This document shows positions 25,830 through 39,399 of a stretch of 64,000 nucleotides of DNA, one piece after another. Position numbers and translations under genes: made by a program. Position 1 is the stretch's first letter, and each line of letters begins with the position of its first letter. The notes beneath the pieces are model-generated. The model was not told the origin of the DNA, did no database searches, and saw only the letters and a list, made by a program, of their open reading frames with translations. Source of the DNA: Lama guanicoe (lineage: Eukaryota); the NCBI GenBank assembly GCA_013239625.1, contig MU054187.1, positions 8,947,231-9,011,230 on the forward strand, given 5' to 3'.

Positions 25830-27050
25830 TGTCATTACTGTCTCCTTAAACATTTGGTAGATGTAACTAAAAAACTGTGCTTTACACTGGAATTTGACAC
25901 AACATTGTAAAATGACTATAACTCAATAAAAAAAAAAGTTTAAAAAAAATCTGGTAGAATTCACCTTGAAGGCATCTAAGCTAGAAATTGTCTTTATGGT
26001 AAGGTTTTTAACTACAAATTCAATTTCTTTGATAGATATAGAGCTATTCATTCAGGTTCCATTTCTTTTTGAGTGAGTTTTTGTGTCTTTCAAGAAATTT
26101 TCCTGTTTCATCTACATTATCAAATTTATTAGCATAAACTAATTTAAAACAGTCACTAATTTTCCTTTTAATATCTATATTAAAAATCTATAGAAATGTT
26201 CTCATTTCTGATATTGATAATTTGTGACTTCTCTCTTGTATTCTTGATCAATTTGGCTAGAGGTTTTTTAATTGATCATGTCAAAAGTCAGCTTTAGATT
26301 TCATTGATTTGTCTCTACTGCTTTTCATTTCATTGATTTATGCTTTTTATGTTTCTTCTCTTCTTTGGATTTAATTTGCTCCTCTTCTTCTAGTTTCTGA
26401 AGGTAGAGGTTGAAGTCATGGAGATCTCTTTCTTTTGTGTAAAAACATTTAGGCATTTGGTGTTAATGAATTCCCCTCTGAACACTGCTTCGCTGCTTCC
26501 CACAAATTCTGATAGTACATTTTCGTTTTTACTCAGTTCAAAATGTTTCCTAGTTTTTCCTTTGACTTCTTCACTGACACGTGGACTATTACTTAGACAT
26601 GTGTTATTCTGTTTCCAAAGTACTTGAGGGATTGTTACTCCTAATCTGCTGTTCACTGTGCTCAGAGAACATACTCTGCATGGTACTAATTCTTTTCAGT
26701 TAAGAGTTGTTTTATGGGCCAGAATATATTCCGTCTTGGTAAATGTTTCATGTGCACATGAAAAGAATGAATATTATCTTGCTGCTGACTGCAGTATTCT
26801 ATTAATATCAATTAGGTTAGGCTGGTTGTAAGCGTAATCTGAGTCTTCTATATCCCTTCTGATTTTCTGTATACTTGTTCTATTAATTGAGAGAGTGCGC
26901 TTTAAATCTCCAGCTCTGTGAATTTATTTCTCCTCGCGTTTCTGTCGGTTTTTGCTGCATACATTTTTAAGTTCCATAATTGGTGCATAAATATTTAAAA
27001 TTGTTATGTCCTTTGATTGACTGACCTCTTTAGCACACGATGCCCCCCTT
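25830..27050 (-). mobile_element. Old L1 (L1M-type) ORF2 5'/endonuclease-region relic
   Basis: T-rich antisense L1-like sequence; degenerate minus-strand ORF 26390-26656 resembles L1 ORF2 (..EEVKGKTRKHFELSKNEN..AVFRGEFI). Confidence 0.75.
25862..25944 (+). mobile_element. Very short 3' end of the young L1 family
   Basis: tgtgctttacactggaatttgacacaacattgtaaaatgactataactcaataaa is shared with the 18.8, 32.6 and 57.6 kb copies. Imperfect TSD aaacatttggtaga / aaaaatctggtaga. Confidence 0.85.
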
Positions 27051-27174
27051 TATCAGTATAAAACACTGATACTGGGACTTATTCTTAAAGACTGTTAGCA
27101 GGTGACACTGAAGTAACTAGTTAACGTGGTTTCTCCTCCCCATGTTATGAACCATGTGTTTACAAAAGCCTTAC

Positions 27175-27364
27175 CGTGTCATCAAGACCATCTATATGCA
27201 AAACCACTGTTTTGGCACGTTTGTTTGTGGTTCCCAGAAAAAACTGAGCTTTCCTTCGACGTGAATTCATTTCATTGAAACTATCACCATCTGCCATGTT
27301 AGAAGACTGAAGAATGTCATAGATTTCAGAGGCCAGCAGTTTTGTTTCTCCTGGAGTTGTAGTC
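27175..27364 (-). CDS. ARMC1: ARMC1 exon 4 (190 nt)
   Basis: Acceptor tttcctttcaag|G; encodes [63 protein letters not shown]; donor ACG|gtaagg. Confidence 0.96.
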
Positions 27365-27748
27365 CTTGAAAGGAAATATATAAGTTAATAAATGAGTCCT
27401 GTCACTTCTACTGAATCTGTAATTTTATTTCTCAACTTTGTAAAAATTTTGTTTTCTTCATTTTGATGCTTTGTTCAGTTTGAAAAAAGTATCAGTGAAT
27501 CCCAGAATAATCAATAATGTAGAAAATCATGTAGTGCATAATAAAATCTTCTAATTTCATTTTAAACCTATGGTTCATTAATATTCAAAATCCATCACCA
27601 GAATGGTATAAAAGCACATTTAATAGAAATCATTAATTAAATAGGAAATCAACTAAAAAGATCAGGATATAACATGTCCCCGGATTAATACTAACATTCA
27701 ACACTCAATTTGACCTTGAAGAAAATACAACACATAAAAATCCAAAAG

Positions 27749-27866
27749 GAGGTGGGTGGGTATACCTCAGCGGTAGAGCACATGCTTAGCATGCACAAGG
27801 TCCTGGATTCAATCCCCAGTGCCTCCATTAAAAAAAAAAAAGTTTAAAAAATTAAATTAAATTTTT
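27749..27866 (+). mobile_element. tRNA-derived SINE (Vic-1-like)
   Basis: gggtatacctcagcggtagagcacatgcttagcatgcacaaggtcctggattcaatcccc plus A-rich tail. 14-bp TSD taaaaatccaaaag at 27735-27748 and 27867-27880. Confidence 0.88.
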
Positions 27867-28081
27867 TAAAAATCCAAAAGAAAACAAATTAGAAGAGAAT
27901 CATTTATATTACTTATTTCAACAAAAGGATGTCTTAGTAAATTCAAACTGATCTTCTCAATTCACATTTTTTATATACCTTTTACAAAATATGTATATAT
28001 CATTAAACCACAACTCAAACAAAAGTTTTCCTTTTTAAACTTTTAAATCCTACTGTAGCTCCTCATGTAAATATCTATTGT

Positions 28082-28256
28082 CAGGCTGCCCGACAGCACT
28101 TCTGGCATCAACAGAAATGCTCTGTCTCTGCACTGTCCACTCACGTGGTTCCTGAGCACTTGAAATGTGGCAAGTGCAACTAAAGAAATGAATTTTATTT
28201 ACTTTTAATTAACAGCCACACATGGAAGTGGGTACCATAACTGGCAGCACAGATCT
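28082..28256. mobile_element. hAT relic (MER3-like)
   Basis: gagcacttgaaatgtggcaagtgcaactaaagaaatgaattttattt...agccacacatgg; second copy at ~29695-30030. Confidence 0.65.
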
Positions 28257-29799
28257 AATGGTTCTTATCAGCTGAATAGCAGAGACAAAAGTACACAACG
28301 ATAAGAAAATAATCCTCATTTCACCTCTAACTGGGCTCAATTAAGTCCAAACCCTTTAGCACACATTCAAGGCCTTTAAAAGCTTTACCAACATCAGCTC
28401 ACTGTGCCCTTTTATGAATGCCTTTCCCTCAGTCAGAAGAGCTTCACCTAGACCATGTCCTTGAAGGCTCAGCTCAACCACCGTCTTCTCTATGAAGCCT
28501 CTGCACCCCAACACCCCACTCCTCCCCTGCATTTAAAGCACTACGCTTGCACTTACACTATGGATCTTAACTTCTATTTCTTTCTCTTCAAGAATAGGGA
28601 TGTATTCTCTGTCCCTAACAAAATTTTTGGCAATCCATTTGTTTAATGAATGAGCAGAAATACTTCAATTTCTGATATTCGAACTGTACACATTCTAGCT
28701 CTACAGATCATCAATTCCAGGGGTGCTAATATGGCAATATTCTGGATCCCCTATTTACTATACCGAGTGTTTTTCTGGGCTATTGTTGACGACAGAGATC
28801 AATTACTTTGAACGATTTTGGCTTTGCAGGAAGCTACCAAAAAAACTGTTTTTTTAGGAGATGTCTCAGCACTTTTCTGAGAGCTGTATTATAGTTTATT
28901 GAAAAGGTCACTGCAATTCTGAGATATTTTAAACACTAGCCAACCACAAGCTGTAAGAAGCATGAGGACACTGGCAGGAGGTATTCATGAATTTAAGAGG
29001 GAAAAAATAGTGTCTGTTATCCTTCTCTACCATGGGTATTGTTTTTAGATGTCTGCATCAGATAAAAGAATGATCACAACACGTAACAGGAGATGCAACT
29101 AATGACCTTCTCATAATAATTTTTAAAACACACACTCTTTCAGAACTTTTTAATGTGCTTCCTAACCAACCAGCAGCGACAAAAGTCATTAAAAGACTGT
29201 AACATCATATTATTATCTTCCTGTCCTGCAGAGTAAGAACTGTAAGACTAGTTCTTAACCAAATAGGACTACTAATCCCTTTGAGAATCTGGTATAAAAT
29301 TACAGACTGTATCACAGGAAAAATGCAAATTAAAAATTTTTCCAAATCCATTTGTGAGTTTATCACGTGCTCACCCAAACCATCCATCTTATCTCAACCT
29401 CAAGGAACACAGACAGTTTAAATCTTTTTTGGAAACTGATCTAGAACTGGAGGGGACAGGAGAATGGCAATGCAGCAATTCTATCCCATGTTTGAAAAAA
29501 TGCAACTGAATGGTAACTGCTGGCAAGAGTACAATTGATATCATCTGAAAAAAATTAATAGTGATTAAAAACACACAAAAATATCTACACTTTTTGACTG
29601 AGAAATTCTTCCATTAAAACTTAAAAAAAATCCATGAAATAAAAGTAATCTAAACTATAAAAACTGTCTTTTATGCAGTTAGGCAATGAAGTTTTAGAAC
29701 AGTACCGTCCAATGTAACTTTCCAGAGATGACAGAAATGTAGCCACCAGCCACATGACTACTGAACACGTGGAATATGGCTAAAGAGACTGAGGAATCG

Positions 29800-29945
29800 G
29801 GTTTTGGTTTTTTTGGAGGTGGGCGAGGGCAGGTAATTAGGTTTATTTATTTATTTATTTGTTTGTTTGTTTTTTAATGAAGGTACTGAGGATTGAACCC
29901 AGGATCTGCTAAGCAAGCACTCTACCAGTGAATAACTTCCCGTAC
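29800..29945 (-). mobile_element. Degenerate tRNA-derived SINE (Vic-1-like) inserted in a MER3-like element
   Basis: ggtaattaggtttatttattt...ggtactgaggattgaacccagg...ctctacc matches the other copies in antisense. Confidence 0.75.
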
Positions 29946-32476
29946 TCAAAGGAACTGGTTTTTAAATATAATTTTAATTAGTTTAAACTTAAACTGCCAC
30001 ATGCGGCTAATGACTACCATACTGGACAGAGTTTCAGAGAGAAAGGAAGACTGCTTCCGCTGTCAGCTTCCTTAAACTAGCCTTCCTTTTCCTGATTGAT
30101 TGTTGCTCCTACTCTTCTGACAAACCATTTCTTTAGTACCCTTTCTGACTGAGGTCCTGCAAAAGAAATTAGCTCCACAAAAAAAACATCTGAGTGACCA
30201 TTTCTGTAATTCTCCCAAGATGGTACAGAGCTAGACTGATGACATACGAGCTAGATGGTATAGAGCTATTCTCCCCAGATTCCCAGGGCAGAAGAAAATC
30301 AGTGTAGCTGATGGATTCCTCAGGGCTTCTGGACTTAATTCTCTCATAAACCTGTTCTGGTAGTTTCTATATTAGTAGCAACATACTTAGGAGAGGAACT
30401 GTCATTTGCTCATAAGAACAATCTGCAAAAGTGATACAAGCACAGTTAACAATTTTACTTGCGTAGCTCCAGAGGCCAGTCACACTAACTTTCAATTACA
30501 AAGTTGCAGATTTACAACAAAAACTATACCTTATCTATGGAGTCACAAAGGCTACATCTACTTAGATAAACAAAGCAATTACAGACCACAAACTGGCAAA
30601 AATGGTTATAGAAAATAAATACTCCCACTACCGCTATTTTTCACTCCCTTTATTTCATAGTTTCAAAGCTTCCTCATTTTCATACACTAATAAATTCCTT
30701 TCTGGAAGATTTTCAATCTTTATTTACTTAAAACCAAAAGATTCTAAAAGAATAAAACAATCAAATCAACATGACAGTCTCACTATTATTCTAAGCATGT
30801 TCTTCCAGTATACTTCATAGAACTAATTTTATTGCTGCCCTTCCTACGAAACAGTTAAGGGAATACCTCTACTTATAGTCACAGATGTCTCTTAAAACTA
30901 AGTAAAATTCTGTCTCAGGCAAAATGAAATTTGCAAAAGCGTTTAAACAAAAATGAATTAAAACGAAGTTTCTTCTTGACCTGGGCACTATATGAAGTAT
31001 CACAAATATCTCTGCATAATTGCTGTTCAACAAATTATAAATGATTTCCTTATTTTTAAAAAATGCTTTTAAAACCAAAAAGAAAAACCCAAGATTAAAA
31101 AAAAGAAGAAACTTACTGTTCAAATACTGTGATTCAAAACATTTAAGTACAAAAAGTCTACAGTTACATGGTACATTTGGCCATAAATGTAAGAAAGACT
31201 GCATAATTAAACAAGTATTAATTGCTCTAATCTTCTTAGGCAAGTGAAAATTGAAAGAGCTGATTAATGTCCTGGATTTAGTTCAGTCTTTAAAATCTGA
31301 CACCTGAAAAAAAGACTATCTTGAAAAGCTCTTTCATCTAAGTAATTGGAATTTACTCTCAGTAATTTACTATTCAATAATGAAGTATATTGATTCCTCA
31401 CCATTTTTTCTAATTAGTTATGTATATTGACTGAAAACGTTCAAAATATTATTCATAAAATACAACTAAAGGTGAACTCTGATCTTTATTATATATCAAA
31501 AATAATTTTAATTTTGAATATATTTCCTTATTGGTCATAAACACCAATTCACTCTAATTCTAGATGCTGCTAATAACATTTTATATTGCCCATAAAAGCC
31601 AATTAAGACTTCCATATACTTCATGGAAGCAATGAATATACCATTTTATTGTTGAAGACTTGCTATGGTCTTTTGAAGAACTTCACAACTTTTCCCTTAG
31701 GAGTTGGTTTTCCATTTTTTCTTCTGTGCTGTTCACTAAGAAAAAAATGTTCTTGTAACATTTATGCAATCCAGAAAATCATCCCTTATCTTTTAATGTA
31801 AAAAAAAAAATCCTAGAGGAAGGTTCCAAGAAGGAAGTCAACAGCTCTGTTTAGGGAACAATGAAGTCCAAGGCAGGCAAACTATGATCCTTGAGCAAAA
31901 GCCCATTCATTTACACATCATCTGTGGCTGCTCTGACCCACAAGGGCAGAGCTGAGTATTGCAACAGAGATGATAAGCCCAGTAAAGCCTAAAATAATTA
32001 CTACTTGGCTTTTTATTCTATAAGAGAAATCTGCCAATGTCTGTTCTAAAAAAAAAAGGTACAAAAAAACCCCCCATAAAAATCAAGGCAAAATGTAGCA
32101 GCATTTTCAAGAATCACAAGAGAACAAAAAGGTGAACCAGGATGGTCCAGTTGTCCTTTAAGTATCAAGATTATAGAAAAAGTTTTAAACATGAAAGAAC
32201 TCAAGGAGTATTTGAAGCTTACTTGAGTAACTTCAACCAACAAAGAAATGATTGGGAAAGCTTTAGCAAAAGGACTAATGATAAGCATTTTATGTATCTT
32301 ACTGTAGATCTAAATTTAAAATAAAGGTGGGAAAGAGAATGGAAGAATATATAAATGTTCTGACAAAGCAGACATAATGCAACTTAAAAAAAGAAAGGAA
32401 AAGGGAGAAGAGGAAAGCAGAAAAAGTCAGTGACCACGGAACACACAATAGGTGGGAGTCAAAAGATTACCATTAA

Positions 32477-32652
32477 CAAGATTATACTGTACAGCACAGG
32501 GAAACATACACAAGATCTTGCGGTAGTTCACAGCGAAAAAAAATGTGACAATGAATATATGTATGTTCATGTATAACTGAAAAATTGTGCTCTACACTGG
32601 AATTTGACACAACACTGTAAAATGACTGTAACTCAACAAAAAAGTTTAAAAG
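32477..32652 (+). mobile_element. 5'-truncated young L1 3' end
   Basis: Same 3' UTR as the 18.7 and 57.5 kb copies. Exact 14-bp TSD aagattaccattaa at 32463-32476 and 32653-32666. Confidence 0.9.
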
Positions 32653-35600
32653 AAGATTACCATTAAAATAAGCAAGATAGTGAAAGTTTAAATAAGAGAA
32701 CAGACAACTTAGAACCTTTTTTAAAGTATAAATACAAAGGCAACTACTAAGACAAATCTAAGTATCAGAAGAAATTTTCAAAATAAAACAGCATGCAGAG
32801 AAACAAAACTACTGTAACATGATGTACCCAGTAACTGTAACAAAAAAGAGTTAAGATGAAATATATCAGTAACAGCAGTAAATATAAATGGACCTAGCTC
32901 ATCAATTAAAAGACAGTTTTTCAACCTAACTCACAAAGCAAGACACAATTAAGACAAAGTGATTCAGGAATAAAGGAATGGGGAAAAAAACAAAGGAATG
33001 GGCAAATGTAGGCCAAATAGAAACAACCTATACTGACATCAAGCAAAGGAGAATTCCAGTCCCAACTCTGAACATTAAACATGACAAAGGACATTTTTTA
33101 ACACCTAAAATACATAATTCACAATACCTATATATAAGTTATGAATACATATGTACCAAACAACACGTGTGGAGAGGGAATGATAAAGCAAATACTGATA
33201 AAGTTCAAATATTAAAACAAACAGTAAAATGTTAACATTTGGGGACTACAGGTACAGGTATCTAGGTACTATCATGCTGTCTGTACCACTTTTCCGACAG
33301 TCTGATGTCATGTCAATCTAAAGTTTAATTATATGTATATATAAGCACATATTTAAATGAAAAGATAAATGGCATTATGGATTTTTATATTTTCTAGTTT
33401 TTATAAATAAACCACAATAAGATTTTAAAATATTAAAAAAAAAGGAACACAAAAAAGGCATAAAGAAATGAAGCACACTTTCACTCAAGATTTTAGCAAG
33501 AATAGACCACCATGGCACTATGGCACTATTTCAAAATCTAGAATTTTAGGAAGTTCTCCAGATGAAATGAGATATTTTAAAGTTGAGATGCCACGTTTTA
33601 TTAAAGTGGCTTTTATTTATAGCATACTTCATGTTAGATATTCACAAGTGCTTTTATGAACTGCATCTTGTATCAGAAGTATTACTTCTGAAATACCAAT
33701 TAACAAATGTCCTAAACTTGATTTAAATGTTCTCCTAAATTGACATTTTGAAAATTCTCTTCGCAGAGGGATCCAGGACTAAAAATTACGTGTAAAAAGG
33801 TTCTAACCTCTAATGACAAGTGTTTATTTATGGAAGAGAATAAAATTAGAACACAATACCAGATTCACTTTGAGTGACAGAGACCTTAAATTTCTCTCTA
33901 CAGTTAAAGAACTGAAAGTAACAGTGACTTTGAAGTCAATCCAATTGTCAATCTGTGAGCACCAATTTGATGTAAACCCAAGTCAAACCTGCTGCTGAAT
34001 AACATGTTAAAATCTCAGCAAAATTCTGTACAAAACATAATTTGGTGAATAAAGGGCAAATATTTTAGTACACAGAAACTTCCCTGTTTTCCCCTCTGCT
34101 TCTCATGTTGAGAATAACCTCTACTCTCCCTACCTACTTCTGCCTCTTGGTTTCCCCTTGGATCACTCTAATCAATAAAGGAGCGCCCCTCCACACAGAT
34201 TGTCTTCGTTCTGTGGGGCTTTCCCGGGTATAGGAAGATCCTTCTGCTTCCTCCTTAGTTGCACGGTTCCACAGAATCATAGCTACGTCTCTTCCTAACT
34301 CAGTACTCCTAAACAGAGAGAAATGATCTGAATCCCACGGTGACTGCCCGACTGCCATGGGGCAGCCACATCACTGAAAACCATTAAGATATATAACAGA
34401 TCTCTTGTGCTACGTACGGCTCACCAAGATGACCTGTATAAGAATGAGATGACTATTAGTCCATAAACTACTTAATTTGGAATAGTGATAAATCAGTTAT
34501 CTGTATCTGGCAACACAGATGTCAAAGTACAAAATAGTATCAAGAATATATGTTTACAGTGTCAAAACCATTATGCATATAGAAAACCCTGCTCTATGAT
34601 AAAAACTTTTCATTTTGATTTTTAATACAGGTACCCAAAAGAAACAAGCACATGAGGAGAAAATAAAAATGCTAGAGCAATCCAATTTCCTAAAAAAGAA
34701 AATCATGTCCAAGCCATGAGACATTCACAACACAAAGTTAAACATGCTGAACCAAGACCCGACTCTAATACTTCATTGTCTTAACGTTTATAAGCCAAAA
34801 CACAGTTTTATTAACCTGCTAACATTCAAATACACTGATAAACTTCTAGGATGATTATTTTGGTAAACAGAGGTACTTTTTAAAAAGCTTGAAAGGCAAC
34901 CTTCAAATCTGAGATCTCTAATAGCCAAATGAGCTGAAAAACGTATATAAAAATAATTATACCCTATCTCCACTTTTGAGAGGGTGATAGGACCAAACTA
35001 TAACGGAGTATGCAATGAATGTACAACTGTTTTTACTACTGGAGACACCAGTAATGATAGCCACGTTGTCCTAAAAATATACGTTATTTGAATTAAAAAG
35101 ATGCAGCCACGGAGATACACTGCTTATCTCCCTCTAATAAAGACACTTGCCCTTCGGCTGCAGCAAGTATAGTAGCACAGCCACCAGCAGTAGTGGCTCT
35201 GAGATCTATTGCACCATTCAGTCCTTCACTCCAAGGCCTGGCTCTTCCCCAGCAGACCCCAGCCAACGACTGAGCAGTGGGGGCACTAGGGCCCGGCCAC
35301 TTCTGCCCAATGCCTGTCTCATCTACAAAGTAACCCTTGCTTTGGAGCTCCCCCCTTGAACTGGTTACCTATTTGTACTGTAATCTGAGACTCTCCTAGC
35401 CCCACCCAGTTACCAGATCTGCACTGTAGCCTAAAGACGGTGGTCCAATCCTGCTTCATTCCCCTGTCTATACAGATCTTACCTCACAATAAACCTCTTC
35501 CATTTATAACTCTATCTCAGGATCTCCTTTCCAGATGCTATTGCAAGATAACACAATACTTCTCTTACAAAGATACAAGTAGTCTACCTACTATTCTGCA

Positions 35601-37383
35601 GAGGTATCACTCGCTCACAGATACATATATATACACCACAACCTTAGCCAACCAAGCTAAGAAACTGTTTCATAGGTTCAACCTATAGTACCTCTAAAAC
35701 TCGCTCCAAATCTTTAAAGTTCAGATTTGAAGCATATTTAAACATATCAACGTTAATTTTTCATCTTATTTCTTACATTTAAAAAATTTTACCACCTATT
35801 TTCAGCTTCAATAACCATACCTGTCAAAGGAATACACAATCTTAAGTTCATCATATTAATAAAATACTATGCTTAATTTATTATTATTATCCATATTATG
35901 CTTAAACCTTTCAGTGTTTCAAAAAAAACTAATATGGCAGTTAAAAATACTCAGTTATATGGCATTAAAGCACACTAGGAACAAGAATAATGCAACCTTT
36001 CATTTTGTACAACACTTAGAATTTACAGAGCATTTCTACACATCATTACCCCACTGAATTCCCAAGCACTTTGAAGATGTTACTGCAGGCTGACAGATAA
36101 GGAAACTGAGGGTCAAAGAGATCATATGTCTCAAGTCATAACCAGAACCCAAATTTTTATTAATGGAATTCACCTCAAACCATAAGCAACGATTAACACG
36201 ATGACGGCAGGCAACCTTTTCTGTTATTTGTTTCTAGCTTGTCATTATCAAAGACCAAGGCACCATAAACTACCTTATCAGGTAGCTGACTCAATGAGAA
36301 CAAATATTTAAGTAATCTTTCAAAAATAAGATTAATAAAACAAAATTTATCTAGAACCCAAGAACACTAAGAAAATAATATTCTGCCTTGGAAATCAGTT
36401 TAGATGATTCTCTACTGATACAATTTAACTTAAAGTGTGAATTACAGAACTTTTCTGAGCACTCAAGCCAAAGAAACTAAGTTTTAAAAATCAAATTAAA
36501 CGCTAACTTATTATAGATTTAAAGGCAGTCATGTCTTGTTTGAGATCAAGATACAAAGTAAAGTAAGATAAAACCTCAGAAAGCATTAGCTTTTTTGCTT
36601 CCAGACACAGTGGAAATATCAAAACACTTAATATTCCATTTCAAGTCTTCTACAAGGGAATCAGCAAGGTCCAAGAAAGGGGCAATACCCAACACCCCCA
36701 GAGGCGACACAGGTGAAGGACTACAGACAAGAAACCTGGCCTCTCTGTATTTTTCTCACCCATAAAACTGTTATCTGTCAAACCCAAATCAAAAAGTTGT
36801 AAATAACAGGATGAAATGACAGATAGGCAAATCTTAGTAAAATGAAAGGTATAATTAAAAACCACCCATTTGCTAAAATTCAAATTAAATAGCTCTACAT
36901 CTCTTAAGACACCTCTCAATGGTGCTCAGGAAAATATCACCAAAAGTTCTTTTTTGTCATGATACTGGTCAGGGTTCTTTTGAGTAAGATTTTAAGATTC
37001 TGAGATGAAGTAATGAAGAATTCTGTACTACACTATAATATTGCATATTTTCAAATGTCACATGTGTTGCTCGACTAGCAAGTCAATTCACATACACTTA
37101 ACAAAACTTCATTTAAGTTAGGATTTTTCTTTTTAAAAATATTATTCGTAAGTACAATGTTTATCAACATTTAAAATAAAATTTGAACACTTTCATAAGG
37201 ATGATTATTAATATTAAAAAATAATCAGAACACTGACCATCAGAATATTTCTGGACACAATAACCCACAAAAGTATGACTTTATATTAGAATACAAATCT
37301 CAGCAAAATTTTGTATTAACCAGTGAACATTTAACAAGATCCATTTTTCTATTCCATTAGGAAACACCATCTATTGTACTTAC

Positions 37384-37475
37384 TTCTGTATAACATTTTG
37401 CAAGCTTAACATCATACCCAGTTCTCCTTTCATCTTTTCTCTGTTAGCACGGCATTCTGCCAAGTATCGAAGAGC
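37384..37475 (-). CDS. ARMC1: ARMC1 exon 3 (92 nt)
   Basis: Acceptor tttttgctgtag|GCT; encodes [30 protein letters not shown](K); donor AA|gtaagt; phase fits exon 4. Confidence 0.96.
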
Positions 37476-38614
37476 CTACAGCAAAAACAATATAGGTTAA
37501 CTCGTATGTCCAGATGATTCAAAATTATACCTGCTACTAACTTACTGCAGGAGGAAAAAGAGTAAAACATTGGTTTTTGTTTTTAGAATCACTTGGTTTT
37601 GAAGTGTTTAGAAACTCTTCTTTAAGTGTGACCATCAGATCAGTCCTCTAGGGGAGAAAAATAATCCAAGCTGAAGTAGCTGAATCTGCTCTTTGAAATG
37701 AAGGTTCCTAACTTATCTGCAAGGTCAGAATTAGGTTGTTCTGATTCTATTTTCATCATTTCATCTTGTCAAGGATACGAGGAACTGCATTCCTGATTTA
37801 TTAATTTCAGGGAGTAGTCCCAATAGCCACCATTTCCCTAGGTGCTTTTTACATATTAATTAAAATAAACTGCTGAGGGGACAAAATATACTACCACCTT
37901 ATGGAATTAACAGTTTAAAGTTTTACAATTTATCTTTAAAATATCTTTTTTTTTAACTGAAAAGCAAAAGATGAACTCACTCTCACAAATTTCTATTTTG
38001 TGAATCTAACTTTTCTAGGGTGCTTTTCTCTTAAGATTTAATGTACATTTTTGCAAGTATTTGCTTCACATGCTGATTCTTAGGGATTTCATTAGTTGTT
38101 CCATAGACCTCCTGTTCCATGAGACAGAGCTCTCATCCTTCACTGAGGACTATTCATACCTGATTTGCAGGGGAATATCTCTGGGAATTACACCACCCAG
38201 AACCATCTCAGGCCACTGACCTTCATGTTGTCTACTGGTCCTCTATACTACATTCCCAAAGTGCCAGCTCATTACATGAAATCACAAATTCAACAACCTG
38301 TCTCTGACTACAATCTCCTATCCTTTCTATAACCACTACCTTAATTTTTACTTCAGTTCACAGAGGATTCACTGCCAAGGGAACTGCCTTCCCTCCATAA
38401 AAAACTAACAAACAGGACAACATTTATTAAACATGCTGGACAAGAGGCTGGACTGGAATCCCTGAAGAAGAGAAACGATGAGGCAAACCCGACAACTGCC
38501 CCATCCCACTGCTCTGGAGGCGGTTCCAGACCGCAGCACAGGGAGGGAAGCCCCAGCAAAGCCCAGTGGTCTTGCTGAGCCGGAGAGGCAGAGATCAGAG
38601 TTGGGGAGGTTAGG

Positions 38615-39355
38615 GTGGTACAGAATACGTCCATATTTGGTTTTTGTCCAGGTCCTGGCTCAGAGCTCCTAAAACTTTTGGAATTTTCTGATAGGAGCTT
38701 CTTTTGTTCTCTACAAGGCGGTTCTTTGGATCGCCCTTGGATGAGTTTATGTCAAATAAGTGAGTTAGGTTAGGGCCCCTAGATAGCCTCAGGAAGGGGC
38801 TAGTCACTAGAAAGACCAAATGACCAGAGGGTGGGAACTTTCAGCCCCACCCACTGACCTGGGGGTAGAGGGGCTGGAGACAGAGCTCTGTAAAAATTCA
38901 ACAAGGAGATACAGTTTCTGACTTGATGAATACATTCATGTGCCAGAGGGTGGCACACCCCAACTCCACAGGGATAGAAGTTCCTGTACTCAGGACCCTT
39001 CTAGATCTTGCCCTATGTACCTACCTGTTCATTTGTATCCTTTGTAAGAAAAACAAACAAACAAACTGGTAAATGCAAGAAAAGTGGCTTCCTGAGTTCT
39101 GAAGCCACCCTAGTAAATTATCAAACTGAGGGGGAGTCAAATGGATCACCCAATTTATAGCTGCTTAGTTAGAAATACAGGTGACCTGATACTTGCAACT
39201 AGCCTTTGAAGTGAAGACAGTCTTGTGGGACTGGGCCTTAAACCTGGGGAATTTGATACTTAATTCTGAGTGGTTAGTGTCAGAATTGAATTGCTGGACA
39301 CCCAGCTGGTGTTCACAGAGGATCAGAGAACTGGCTAGTGTCAGAAAACACCCCA
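38615..39355. mobile_element. LTR element (MER21-like solo LTR)
   Basis: Motifs typical of MER21-family LTRs: cagagctcctaaaacttttggaatttt, gggtgggaactttcagccccaccc, ggtgttcacagag. Subfamily call is by eye only. Confidence 0.6.
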
Positions 39356-39399
39356 GGCAGCTAGAATTTGCGGAGCAGAGTAACAAAGGAGGGATCTGC

